A stretch of 64,000 nucleotides of DNA from Callorhinchus milii (lineage: Eukaryota). The position numbers were made by a program, and so were the translations under genes. Below the pieces are notes generated by a model that had not been told where the DNA came from, ran no database searches, and saw only the letters and a program-made list of their open reading frames with translations. The DNA lies in the NCBI RefSeq assembly GCF_018977255.1, contig NW_024704742.1:13270001-13334000 (forward strand), given 5' to 3'. Below are positions 25,802 to 39,500 of the stretch, piece after piece; the stretch's first letter is position 1; every line of letters starts with the position of its first letter.

Positions 25802-27139
25802 ATTTTGTTCCTATTCTTATACTCTCAAGCAGCATCTGGTCATTGTCCTGCATCCCCTAACTCTTGACCTTTGCTCTTGTGATTTAATTAACCCGTTCAG
25901 GAATGCTCTTAACTCAGTATTCCTCGCTCTTCCTTTCTGACCTTTGCTCTCGTCCTTCACCTAACAGGTTTCTAAAAAAAGGTGTTGACTCTTACCTTCA
26001 CCTTCAGATCATTACCTTCCTCAAGATTTGCTTCTGCACACGGCGTTCATTGTGTCGGTCCCGTTCAGTGATGGGTTCTCACACATTCCTTTGCCCTCAT
26101 GACTCTTCTCCTGACTCCTAATGTCCTTGTCCCAGTTTCCCTGTCCTGGCCTTGAAACTGTTTTCTGACATGTTTATTTGTTCTGGAAAATGTAACTTTG
26201 TCTAACTTCTTTGATAGCTCCATGACTATAAGCGTTGATTCATATGATTATGGGCAATGTACTCGCTGTCATTTAATAAGGAAAATGGGCAATTGATTGA
26301 CCTATGAAACCCCTGAAGTCAAGAGTAAAATGGAACCTAGCGGTCAGCAGGCTGGTACAAACTGGTTTAGAGCTATCTTAACTTCGTCTAACTTCTGTGA
26401 TAGCTCTAAACCAGTTGGTTAATATATAAGAATATAAATATAAGTATAAGAATAGGAACAAAATCTGAGTGAAGTTGTCTCGGATTGGGGAGGGAACAGA
26501 GGAGGAGCTCTGTGGTCACCCTTGTGAAGGGCTGACCTCTGCAACCGAAACCACAGAAACTCAAGATTGGGAAGGGCAGACTGTTAGTGAAAAGACAAAC
26601 TTCTTGATTGTCCGGCAAGTCAGTACTTTGACAGAGACAGAGAGAAGAAAGGAGCAGGCAGACCAGATCATCTGGTAACTGGTATCAGTCGATACCAGGT
26701 GGGGAGAGGCATGCGGTCCAAGTTGTGGGGATCGCCAGCCGCCAAACCAAGAAACCACCTTTCGGAGGAGAAAGGAAGAGAGACTGTTGAACGAGTAGTA
26801 TGGTTTCATTGGGGGACTTAGTAGGTCATTCAAGCTGTTAATTATCTGCTGTTGCGTCACAAATTATTGATTATTTTCTGTTGTGTCACAAATTATATGA
26901 GTTATCGAATTACCTCTATTCAGGTATTTTTCCTAACAAAGTATAAGGACAAAACTAGCTACTAACGTACTCCTTGATCCATAAAATACCAAGGTGACTA
27001 TCCTATTAGTGTTATACATGTATTTACGTCTGAAACTTGAGTTGACTTTACTGTACTAAAGTTGTGCTAATAAAATATTAAACATTGTGTCAAACACTCC
27101 AGTGTCTCAGTGTTTACCAATCACTCACAAAAGTTTACA
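25802..27139 (+). mobile_element. Rearranged LTR-like element (TATA to ...TTTACA on +, upstream part inverted)
   Basis: TATAAGAATAGG at 26445, AATAAA near 27069, end TTTACA at 27139. The 22-mer around the TATA is repeated inverted at 25802-25823. Confidence 0.45.
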
Positions 27140-28897
27140 GGGGTGTGTGTGTATGTGTAGAGGAAGGGGAGGATGTGTGTGTGTGTGTGGGGGGAGGGTG
27201 TGTGTATGTGTGAGTGTGTAGGGGTGAGCAAGTATGTGGAATCTCTACCTTCGCAATACACTGTTATACACTGGAGCTGAATATTGCCGTTTGGCATGGG
27301 GAATGTGCAACACATATTGTTTACATTTACTTTTAGAACAGATTGTTCTGATTTGATTCTATCTGGAGGTCTACTTCGGAGATAGGTTTTGCTTGTGAAT
27401 GCTTCATTGCAGTTGTTGTGCTGAAGGTTATTTAAATCAAACCCACGGATGTTTACCTGATCCTTTGCAAACATTGATGTACCCACTTGTGCTCTCTTAT
27501 CCTGTGATTTCCTAAGGTGAACTTCTGACTTTACCTACTTGGGGTTAGACATTCGCTTTAGAAAAAAGGTTTGAAAAATATCACCTTGGAGTCACAAATA
27601 ATGGCTCCCACTGACTACAGGCTGTGGGATCGACACTGGAAACCGTTCAGCTCAGGAACCGAGTTATTCAGAACGCCACCGAGGATTGACTTGATTCTGA
27701 TATTCCATTGGAGTCAACACAGCCCAAGGAAAGCCTACTTATCCCTTCCAACTGCCCAAGATAGTAAGGGAATTATAGAAGTATATTAGAAGAAGTAAAT
27801 ATGGCTATAATAATAATAATCCTTGCATTTGAAATTGCGTCTTTGAGACGTCTCAAAGCGCTTCATAGAATATACTGTAAAGTGAATTGACTGTACATTT
27901 TGTGTGCGAAATAGTTATATATTGAGCTGTGGCAAGGCTTCGATACAGAAGGGTACCAATTCAAGGAGTGAGGGAAGGAGGGAAAATATTTACTCCTCAG
28001 CTGTTAATTACCCTGTTTGTCAGGAAACACTTCCTGATGTCTGCCCTAAACTTGATTATCACAGCCCTGAATCTGTACCCTTCTGTATCGAAGCCTTGCC
28101 ACAGCTCAATATATAACTATTTTCGCACACAAAATGTACAGTCAATTCACTTTACAGTATATTCTATGAAGCGCTTTGAGACGTCTCAAAGACGCAATTT
28201 CAAATGCAAGGATTATTATTATTATAGCCATATTTACTTCTTCTAATATACTTCTATAATTCCCTTACTATCTTGGGGCAGTTGGAAGGGATAAGTAGGC
28301 TTTCCTTGGGGCTGTGTTGACTCCAATGGAATATCAGAATCAAGTCAATCCTCGGTGGCGTTCTGAATAACTCGGTTCCTGAGCTGAACGGTTTCCAGTG
28401 TCGATCCTACAGCCTGTAGTCAGTGGGAGCCATTATTTGTGACTCCAAGGTGATATTTTTCAAACCTTTTTTCTAAAGCGAATGTCTAACCCCAAGTAGG
28501 TAAAGTCAGAAGTTCACCTTAGGAAATCACAGGATAAGAGAGCACAAGTGGGGTACATCAATGTTTGCAAAGGATCAGGTAAACATCCGTGGGTTTGATT
28601 TAAATAACCTTCAGCACAACAACTGCAATGAAGCATTCACAAGCAAAACCTATCTCCGAAGTAGACCTCCAGATAGAATCAAATCAGAACAATCTGTTCT
28701 AAAAGTAAATGTAAACAATATGTGTTGCACATTCCCCATGCCAAACGGCAATATTCAGCTCCAGTGTATAACAGTGTATTGCGAAGGTAGAGATTCCACA
28801 TACTTGCTCACCCCTACACACTCACACATACACACACCCTCCCCCCACACACACACACACACATCCTCCCCTTCCTCTACACATACACACACACCCC

Positions 28898-30236
28898 TGT
28901 AAACTTTTGTGAGTGATTGGTAAACACTGAGACACTGGAGTGTTTGACACAATGTTTAATATTTTATTAGCACAACTTTAGTACAGTAAAGTCAACTCAA
29001 GTTTCAGACGTAAATACATGTATAACACTAATAGGATAGTCACCTTGGTATTTTATGGATCAAGGAGTACGTTAGTAGCTAGTTTTGTCCTTATACTTTG
29101 TTAGGAAAAATACCTGAATAGAGGTAATTCGATAACTCATATAATTTGTGACACAACAGAAAATAATCAATAATTTGTGACGCAACAGCAGATAATTAAC
29201 AGCTTGAATGACCTACTAAGTCCCCCAATGAAACCATACTACTCGTTCAACAGTCTCTCTTCCTTTCTCCTCCGAAAGGTGGTTTCTTGGTTTGGGCGGC
29301 TGGCGATCCCCACAACTTGGACCGCATGCCTCTCCCCACCTGGTATCGACTGATACCAGTTACCAGATGATCTGGTCTGCCTGCTCCTTTCTTCTCTCTG
29401 TCTCTGTCAAAGTACTGACTTGCCGGACAATCAAGAAGTTTGTCTTTTCACTAACAGTCTGCCCTTCCCAATCTTGAGTTTCTGTGGTTTCGGTTGCAGA
29501 GGTCAGCCCTTCACAAGGGTGACCACAGAGCTCCTCCTCTGTTCCCTCCCCAATCCGAGACAACTTCACTCAGATTTTGTTCCTATTCTTATACTTATAT
29601 TTATATTCTTATATATTAACCAACTGGTTTAGAGCTATCACAGAAGTTAGACGAAGTTAAGATAGCTCTAAACCAGTTTGTACCAGCCTGCTGACCGCTA
29701 GGTTCCATTTTACTCTTGACTTCAGGGGTTTCATAGGTCAATCAATTGCCCATTTTCCTTATTAAATGACAGCGAGTACATTGCCCATAATCATATGAAT
29801 CAACGCTTATAGTCATGGAGCTATCAAAGAAGTTAGACAAAGTTACATTTTCCAGAACAAATAAACATGTCAGAAAACAGTTTCAAGGCCAGGACAGGGA
29901 AACTGGGACAAGGACATTAGGAGTCAGGAGAAGAGTCATGAGGGCAAAGGAATGTGTGAGAACCCATCACTGAACGGGACCGACACAATGAACGCCGTGT
30001 GCAGAAGCAAATCTTGAGGAAGGTAATGATCTGAAGGTGAAGGTAAGAGTCAACACCTTTTTTTAGAAACCTGTTAGGTGAAGGACGAGAGCAAAGGTCA
30101 GAAAGGAAGAGCGAGGAATACTGAGTTAAGAGCATTCCTGAACGGGTTAATTAAATCACAAGAGCAAAGGTCAAGAGTTAGGGGATGCAGGACAATGACC
30201 AGATGCTGCTTGAGAGTATAAGAATAGGAACAAAAT
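28898..30236 (-). mobile_element. Mirror copy of the rearranged LTR-like element in the right palindrome arm
   Basis: Reverse complement of 25802-27139. Confidence 0.45.
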
Positions 30237-30537
30237 TTGAGACGTCTCAAAGCGCTTCGTGGAATAGACTGTAAAGTGAATTGACTGTATATTTTGTGGG
30301 CGAAAATAGTAATATATTGATCAGTGAATGAAAGCTTCAGTGCTGATAAGAGCAGCTCACTGAGGTTGACAATAAACCAAGGACATATTATAAAAGTTGC
30401 AACTTACAGAGATTTGGGAGTCAGACAATAACAACAACAACAACAAAATTACATTTGTATAGCACCTTTCACGTTGCGAGGACATCCCAATGCGCTGGAC
30501 AGACAGAGTTTCAGACCCCAGCTGGTGGCAAATAAAT

Positions 30538-30846
30538 AAATAATAATCTTTGCATTTGATATAGCGCTTTTCACGTTGGGAGGACATCCCAAAGCGCTTC
30601 ACAGAACACACTGTAAAGTGAATTGACTGTATATTTGTGAAAGAACGCGGCAGCCAATTGCCCACAGCAATGTCCACAAACAGTCGTAGATTGAAAATGA
30701 CCAAGTTATTATTGTTTTTGGTTTTGGAGGGATTATTATTAGGTGTGTGGAGTAAGGAAACTTGCCCAAAGTTTGGCCCTGCCTGGAATTGAACTCAGGT
30801 CTCTCGCTCGCAAAGCGAGCGCTCTAACCACTGAGCTACAGGACTC
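30538..30846 (-). mobile_element. Same SINE, mirror copy
   Basis: Reverse complement of 25193-25500. Confidence 0.85.
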
Positions 30847-30889
30847 ACTTTAAAACTTTAAAATTGGATCCCTGCAGTTTTTGCAATTT

Positions 30890-32458
30890 TCATTAGTAGA
30901 GAATTGGTGCTAGGGAAACTGTTAGCACTAAAAAGTGACAAATCCTCTGGTCCGGATGGCTTGCATCCCAGGGTTTTAAAAGAGGTAGCTTATGAGATAG
31001 TGGAGGCCTTGTGTCTAATCTTCCAAAATTCCTTGGATTCTGGAACAGTCCCCATGGATTGGAAGATCGCAAATGTCACGCCACTATTTAAAAAAGTGGA
31101 AAGGAAAAGATGGGGAAAAGATAGGCGAGTTAGTCTCACATCAGTGATAGCAAATTTTTTAGAATCGTTGATTAAGGATGTGGTAGTGCAGTATATAGGG
31201 GAGCACAATATAATTAGGCCAAGTCAACATGGCTTTACAAATTTTGAGGATACTTTGAGTAAACTAGATAAGGGTATATCGAGTAAACTAGATAAGTGGA
31301 TGTGGTCTATTTGGACTTCCAGAAGGCATTCGATAAGGTGCCGCACAAAAGGTTAGTCCAAAAGATAGGGGCCCACGGAATTGGGGGGAGCATATTAACG
31401 TGGATTGGGGAATGTTTAACGGGTAGGAAACAAAGAGTAGGGATAAATGGGTCCTTTTCAGATTGGCAGGATGTGATTGGTGGAGTGCCACAAGGATCAG
31501 TCCTTGGGCCTCAGCTATTTACCATCTACATCAACGATCTAGATGAGGACATCGAAGTTAATATATCTAAATTCGCGGATGGCACAAAACTAGGAGGAAG
31601 TGTCAACACAGAGGACAGCGCGACATAGATAGGTCAGGTGATTGGGCAGGTAGGTGGCAGATGAAGTATAATGTAGGGAAGTGCGAAGTCATCCACCTAG
31701 GGAGCAAAAACATTAGAGCAGGTTATTTTTTTAGAAGGGGAGAGATTGGAATGTGTTGGCGTCCAGAGGGACTTGGGTGTTGTACACCAATCACAGAAAG
31801 TTAGTCTGCAGGTACAGCAGCAATTAGGAAGGAGAACGGGATGTTAGCATTCATTATGAAAGGATTAGAGTATAAGAGTAGGGAAGTCTTGCTGCAACTG
31901 TATAGGGCCCTGGTGAGACCACACCTGGAATACTGTGTGCCGTTTTGGTCTCCTTATTTAAGGAAGGATGTACTTGCCTTGGAGGGGGTGCAGAGTAGAT
32001 TTACAAGGTTAGTACCAGGGATGAAGGAGATGAGTTACGAGGATAGGCTGACTAATTTGGGGCTATATTCTCTAGAATATGGAAGAATTAGAGGGGATCT
32101 TATAGAAACCTATAAGATCATCAAAGGGCATGATAGAGTAGATAGTGGGAGATTGTTTCCCCTGGTTGGAGAAACTAAAACCAGGGGTCACAACCTTAAA
32201 ATCAGAGGCCAGCCCTATCGCAGAACTTTTTCACTCAAAGGGTGGTGAATGTATGGAACTCGCTACCCCAAATGGCTGTTGACGCTCAGTCCTTGAACAT
32301 ATTCAAGACTGAGATAGATATATTTCTTATTGTAAAAAGTATTAAGGGATATGGGGATGAGGCAGGGTTATGTTATTAGCTGAGTTAGATTAGAAGATCA
32401 GCCATAATTGAATGGCGCGGCAGGCGCCTACTCCTGCTCCTACATGTTATGTTATTAA
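30890..32458 (+). mobile_element. CR1 ORF2 3' portion (right palindrome arm)
   Basis: ORFs 30904..31356, 31296..31628 and 31841..32248 carry CR1 RT motifs. Confidence 0.88.
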
Positions 32459-33356
32459 TGTTTTGAGGCGGTTATCAATAGAAACAAGAAAAAAATAATT
32501 TGAGAATCATAATGTTTGGATCAGTATTGACGTCCCACAATGGCTGTCTGGGCAAAAGTGCTGGTTGTCCCATTCACTGAAGGTGCTGTCCTTTGGATGA
32601 GACATTAAAGTGAGATCCCAAGAGCTTTACCAGGGCTATTATAACGGATTGCCCTTTAGTGATTAAACTAAAACCCTTGAAAGCTGGAAATCTTTTTTTT
32701 GTTTGGCCCACAAAATATACAGTCTATTCACTTTACAGTGTATCTATGAAGTGCTTTGAGATGTCTTGAAGATGTGATAAGGCGCTATATCAAATTCAAG
32801 GATTATTATTATAATCTGAAATAAATGCACAGCACCTGAAATGGAAGGTGCTATATCAAATGCAAGGATTATTATTATTAAGTAAATAAATTCTTTATGT
32901 TTTTATTATTTCACCGGTATAAAGTTTGCAGTGTTTCTTAACATGTTCCTTGTGCTAATTAACACATGGACCAGGGAATAAAATGCTCTGAGATGCTACC
33001 CTGCGAGAAGGGCGCTTTGTAAGTGTAAGTTGTTGTCAAACAGAAATGCCACAGGTTTGCACTGTGCAGCTTTTACATGAAACACAGTGTCTACAGAGAA
33101 TGTCAAAACTGTTGGTTACCAGGAAGGCTTCGCAGGTTTGTGCTGAAGAGACTCCAGTTTTAAGCGAGATGTCACACTTGGGATTGATCCACTGCTGTTT
33201 TCAAAGTGTAGCAGATAACAGTGATCCTGTAGGACAATTGAGGTCCTCACAGCGACCTGAGAATTCTAAGCGAGATTTGATTTTGAAAATTTAATTTGGG
33301 GCCACAGATTGTCTCTTGTGTTTCTGTTCTCTAATCTGTTGTATTTCTTTCCAAAG

Positions 33357-33505
33357 GTGAACCAACGACGTTCTGTGAAACAATGGGTAAAGCTGACATT
33401 TGGCTGATTCGAACATATTGGGACTTCGATTATCCCCGGCCATTTCTGCCTAATTTTGTATTTGTAGGAGGAATACACTGTCGGCCAGCAAAATCTTTAC
33501 CTCAG
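33357..33505 (+). CDS. UGT2A: UGT2 exon 2 (149 nt)
   Basis: Pyrimidine tract then ccaaAG|GTGAACCA...CCTCAG|GTgag. Translates (G)[49 protein letters not shown]. Not in the ORF track. Confidence 0.93.
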
Positions 33506-36500
33506 GTGAGCTAGAAAATGCACCTGCACATAAACCAACATAAAATCCCAAATAAAACTCTCAGGCACATTTAACCTATCCCTTAATCTTTGCCTTGGTC
33601 TTAGCCGCAAAACAGGTACTAGGCCATATTGAGGCAGAATGGAGTCTGTCTGATTTTGCATTTATCAATGCAGTGTTTCTCAATGTGTTTCATCCTAATC
33701 TCAGATTATTTTTTAAATCTGGCATCTTTTAGTAAATAAACCTGTCCGATTATCACATTTTAAAAGTTCTCTAGTACAGAATATCTCCAAAGGTATCAAA
33801 AACAACAACAAATGATCCTGTGTTCCTGGATCATTTAGTAATTATAATTCTTTTGACACTCCCTATTGACACTCCCTAATCCCACCAAATATTTGCTGAA
33901 AGAACAGAGAGTGATTTGAACTCAATAACCAATGCCAGAGGGAAAGTTGGACTACCCTGTTAAATAGCTGAGTGTCATCAGATTTTCTGTTCTTTATTCA
34001 AATTTGAGAATCATTGAATTTATAGAATCATACAGCACAGAAAGAGGCCATTCGGCCCAACGTGTCTGCACCAGCTCCGAAAAGAGCAATCCAACTGAAT
34101 CCCACTGGCCCGCTTTCTCTCCAAAGTCCTGCAATCTTGTCCTCCAAAAATAATCTACTTCTCTCTACCCTTTCAGGTAATGCATTCCAGATCTGAATAA
34201 CTCGCTGGGTGAAAAAAAATTCTGAACCTCCCCTCCGTTTCTTTTAACTAACTTAATTCGGTATCCTCGGGTTACTGACCCACATGTCAGTGGAAACAGT
34301 TTTTCCTGGTTCAATCTATCAAATCCTCTCATGATCTTGAAAACCTCTGTTAAATCCCCTCTTAATCTTCTCTGCTCTAGGCAGAATAATTCTAGTTTCA
34401 CTAATCTCTCCTCATAACTAAGGTCCTTCATTCCCGGTACCATCCTGGTAAACCTCCTTTGCACTCTCCAATGCCCTAACATCTTTCCTAAAGTGCGGTG
34501 CCCAGAACTGAATGCAGTACTCCAACTGAGGCCATACCAGCATTTTACAAATATTCAACATAACCTCCTGACATTTGAATTCTATGCCCCTATTTATAAA
34601 ACGTAGTATCCTATATGCTTTTTTAACAGTTTTATCTACCTGTCTTGCCACCTTCAGAGATTTGCTTATGTGGACCCCCCGGTCACTCTGTTCATTTGCC
34701 CCCTTTAAGATTGTACCATCTAACTTATAACTGCCTCTCCTCATTCTTCCAACCAAAATGCAACACTTCGCATTTCTCCACATTAAACCTCATCTGTCAC
34801 ATTTCTGCCCGTTTTATCGATCTGTCTTAAGTCCTCTCCATAGCCCTGCAATCTTGTCCTCCCCAAATACCCATCTACTTCTCTCTTAAAAGTTGTTATT
34901 GAATTGGCTTCCACTACCCTTTCAGGTAATGCATTCCAGATCCGAGCAATGCGCTGGGTGAAAAAAAAATTCCTAACCTCCCCTCTGTTTCTTTTAACAG
35001 ATATGAAGAGTCTGATGCTATCCTTCTCACCATTAACTACTTTTCTTAGCTTAGTATCGTCTGCAAATTTGGAAATTGTGCTCCCTATATCTAGGTCCAG
35101 ATCATTAATATAGATCAGAAAGAGCAGTGGTCCCAATACTGACGCCTGAGGAACACCAGTCAGAAAAGCAACCATTTACTACCACTCTCTGCTTTCTGTC
35201 TCCTAGCCAGTTCTGGATCCATGTTGCCACAGTCCCTTTAATACCGTGGGCTTCTATTTTGGTTATAAGTCTCTTATGTGGCACTTTGTCAAATCCTTTT
35301 TGAAAATCTAGATAAACTACATCTGTTGCACTTCCTTCATCCACACTCTCAGTCACTTCATCAATAAATTCTATTAGGATTTTCAGACACGATCTGCCTT
35401 TAACAAATCCTTGTTGACTGTCCTTTATTAAACCATATTTTTCTAAGTGAGAATTTATATTGTCCTGGATTATAGTCTCCAGAGGTTTCCCTACTAATGA
35501 TGTTAGGCTGATTGGCCTGTAGTTCTCAGGTTTATCCTTCTGCCCCTTTTTGTACAGGGGAGTAACATTTGCAACCTTCCAGTCCTCTGGCACCACTCTA
35601 GTGTCCAAAGAGGATTGAAAGATTGTGGCCAGAGCTTCCGCTATTTCCACTTTTGCTTCCCTCAGTAGCCTAGGATGCATCCCGTCCAGACCAGGTGACT
35701 TATCTATGTTGAGCACCGACAGCCTTTTTAGTACCTCCTCTCTCTTGATTCTGATCATATCCGATTTCTGTTCACACGCCTGAGATATTGTGGCATTGTC
35801 TTAATAATAATAATAATAATAATCCTTGCATTTGATATAGCGCTTTTCACGTCGGGCGGACGTCCCAAAGCGCTTCACAGAACACACTGTAAAGTGAATT
35901 GACTGTATATTTTTGTGGGCGAACGCGGCAGCCAATTGCGCACAGCAATGTCCCACAAACAGTCGTGGATTGAAAGTGACCAATTTATTATTGTTTTGTT
36001 TTGGAGAGATTATTATTAGGCGTGTGGAGTAAGGAAACTTGCTCAAGGTTTCGCCCTCTGCCTGGAATTGAACTCAGGTCTCTCACTTGCAAAGCGAGTG
36101 CTCTAACCACTGAGCTACAGGACTCCACAGGACTTCTTTTGTGAAGACAGTTGCAAAGCACTTATTTAGTACATCAGCCTCAACAAGACGATTTCCACTA
36201 GGGTCCCTAATTGGACAAACCCTACCTTTGACTAACCTTTTACTTTTGATATGCTTAAAAATACCTTAGGGATCCCTTTTATGTTTCCTGCTAATCTTTT
36301 CTCGCACAATCTCTTCGCCCCTCTTATTTCCCTTTTCACTTCTGCTCTATACTTCCTATATTCTATTTGATTATCCTGTGTGTTTTGGACCTAACATTTG
36401 TCATAAGCCTCCTTCTTCTGTTTTATTGTAATCCCAATTTCCTTAGTCATCCAGGGAGGTTTGACTGTCCTACCGTTCCCCTTTGTGGGAATGTATTTGC

Positions 36501-39500
36501 TCTTTCTATCTAACTATCAAACTATCTCTTCCTTGAAGGCTTCCCATTGTTTGTTTGCTACCTTACCTGCCAATCTTTCTTTCCAATCTATCTTGGCCAG
36601 GTCCCTTTTTAGCTCACTGAAATCAGCCCGTTTCCAGTTGAGGGTCTTTACCTTTGATTGATTGTTGTCCTTTTCCATAAATATTCTAAACCTAATGATA
36701 TTGTTATCACTGTTATCCAGATGCTCTCCTACTGAAACCTGCTCCACTTGCCCCACTTCATTTCCCAGTACTAAATCCAGCACTGCTTCCTTCCTTATTG
36801 GGCTGGAAAAATGCTGATCCAGAAAGTTCTCTTGCACATATTTCAGTAATTCCTCTCCCGCCTTGCCCTTTACACTGTGTGTTTCCCAGTCCATATTAGG
36901 ATAATTGAAGTCCCTCATTATCACTACTCTATTGGTTTTGCATCTCTCCGAAATCTGCTTACAGATTTGCTCATCTATTTCCTTCCCACTATTTGGAGGT
37001 CTATAGTAAATACCTAACGGAGTAACAGCTCCTTTTCTGCTCCGTAACTCTAAACAAATAGATTCAGTTTTTGGACCCTCTAACACATCGTCCTTTTCCA
37101 GGACCGTGGCCGTGTCTCTAATGAGTATTGCCACCCCTCCTCCTTTTTTCCCTTCCCTGTCTCTCCTGAATAGGTTGTAGCCAAGAATATTCAGCTCCCA
37201 TTCCTGTCCTTGCTTGAGCCAAGTCTCCATAATTGCCACCACACCGTAGCCCCATATGGCAACTTGAGCCGCAGCTCACCAAGCTTATTGGTCACGTTCC
37301 GTGCATTTATACACATGCACTCCAAGACCGGCTTAATCCGCTCTATATTTATCCCCCATCTCTTTCCACTTTTTGCTGGACTGTTCCTTGTTTCATTTCT
37401 ATTTGTCTCTCCTCGTCCACTATGTAACTCGTTTCCCCTCCCTGAAGCTACCTTCTGATCACCATCCCCCCTCGAAATCAGTTTAAACACTTCCCCACAG
37501 CACTTGTTATCCTTGTTGCAATAACATTGGTCCCAGCCCTGCTCAGGTATAACCCATCCCTTGTGTACAGGTCCCTCTGCCCCAGGAGTGGTCCCAGTGG
37601 TTTCGAAACCTGAAGCTCTCCTTCCTGCACCATTTCTCCAGCCAGGCATTCATGTGTTTGATCCTCCCGGTTTGGTATTCACTTGCATAAGGCATTGGGA
37701 GTAATCCCAAGGTCACCACCAATGAGGTCCTACTCTTTAGCTTCTTTCCAAGCTTCTGATATTCTCCCTGTAGGGTCTCAGCGCTTTTATCACCTACATC
37801 ATGGAGCCCGACATGGACCACAACTTCCTGATTTTCCCCTTCCCCCTGTAGTATATTTTGCACCCGTTCTGTGACGTCATGCACCTTGGTCCCAGGGAGG
37901 CAGCATACCATGCGCAAGTCCCATCTTTTATGGCAGAAACGCCTGTCTATCCCTTCAAATGTTGTATCCCTGTTAACAACAGCGTTTGCGTTTTTCCCCT
38001 TGTCCCCCTGAACGTCTATTACCTTTTGACTCTTCTCGCCGGAGGCGTCCTTGCTGGTATCCAGTACCGAGGTCCGTTTTGTGAGTGCTGCACTCTTAGG
38101 GGATTTCTGTACTGCCTGTTCTTTTTCTTGCTCCACGTTGGATGGTCACCCACTCACCCTTCTTCTGTGAGCCCTCTGTGTAGCTGGGGTGACCACCTCC
38201 TGAACTCTCTGTGGCTGTGGGGTGACCACTTCCTGAACTCTCTGTGGCTGTGGGGTGACCACCTCCTGAACTCTCTGTGGCTGTGGGGTGACCACCTCCT
38301 GAAAAATTCAATCCATAAATTCTTCAGCCTCCGTAACCTATGTGGTGACTGTAGCCTCTCCTCAAGCTCAGCGACCCTGAGCTCAAGCAGCCGGAGGCAC
38401 TTCCTGCGCACGCATTTGTCCAGAACACATGAACCATCCTGGAGTTCCCACATGGCACACAGTGTGCCTGGAATGGGTCTCAGCTGCCCTGCCAGGTTTT
38501 CATATGTGTTTTGTAATATATCTTAAACAGTTTCGGGGTAAATAGGTAAAAGCAAGTAATTTCACACCTTTTATTCCGTTGCTCACACTTCTTATATACT
38601 AAACGCCTCCTCAACACCTACCACCACAGGAATGTGACCTGTTGTGCAGGCTCTTGGGGGTTTTGTTTCTCCTTTACAAGTTCTCACCTTCACCAAATTA
38701 CCCCTCTGCATCGAATTCCCACTCTCACCTAATTGCCAAACAGAATTCTCACTCTGTTCCTCCTCACTCCGTTCTCTCCTAACACTCCTGGGCTCTCTGC
38801 TCGGGAACCCTCAATTAAATATGCCTTGATTTGGCACAAGAGAGTTCCGCATTAATTTACAATCCAACAAAAGATTGAAGATTTTATAATCCAGGTGCGT
38901 GCAAAAAAAAAGCAAAGCTTTGCACCCTTCCCTACTTACATTGCAAGTCTCAACTTGCTTTTGTGATCTTTCAAGGGAGAAGGTTTTGTTTGAATGGGGG
39001 GAAAATGACATGTCTGGCAACGGAATATTGGAATCGAGCCAGCCTTCTGTGGCAGTCTCAGTAGTCCGGTTCCTGAGCCAGGCAGGACCTCAGTTCTCTG
39101 GGGCACTGCTGATGACAGCCCAGCCAGCCTGGCTCATTGGCAGGACTTGGAGGATCAGACCAGTCACTGGGGGCAGCGAGTCATCCCACTCAGCTCCTGT
39201 TAACCCTGAAAGCCAAAGCCCTAATGGCTAGGGTGGTCCTAGCTGGACAAGCAGCAGGAAAGCTTGTCAGACATTGCTTTCAATGGCAAGCTATGCGGTT
39301 TTAGCTAGTTAAACTCCAGCAGTACCCAACGCACACTCTGGGATGCCCAAGCCTTGGCTCCTGCCAACCTGCACCTAATGCTTTCCAGATGTGTCCCTCC
39401 AGGGAGAGAGTGGACATTCCATTCCAACAATCTATCTGTGGAATTTCCAGAGGTTGGATACCTTAAGCATGGTGACGAGTTTTCGCGTCTTTCGGACACC

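Larger units (their letters stand above)
23370..32672. repeat. ~9.3 kb palindrome: arms 23370-27956 and 28075-32672, 118-bp spacer
   Basis: Mirror-image ORF pairs; inner ends ...GATACAGAAGGGTAC / GTACCCTTCTGTATC...; outer ends TTTAGTTTAATCAC / GTGATTAAACTAAA. Confidence 0.95.
34008..38810 (-). mobile_element. Near full-length decayed CR1 LINE in UGT2 intron 2 (5'UTR, ORF1 Zn-finger/zipper/SGNH esterase, ORF2 endonuclease-RT, tail), split by a SINE at 35801-36125
   Basis: ORF1: Cys cluster, [89 protein letters not shown]. Degenerate ATTCTAT-type tail. Confidence 0.9.

Noticed and set aside
27215..27560. Putative liver enhancer (TGTTTAC and AGTTCA-like half sites) near the palindrome centre
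   Set aside because: Short motifs expected by chance; no independent support.
38186..38303. CRISPR-like regular repeats
   Set aside because: Head-to-tail tandem units with no unique spacers, inside a eukaryotic LINE ORF1.
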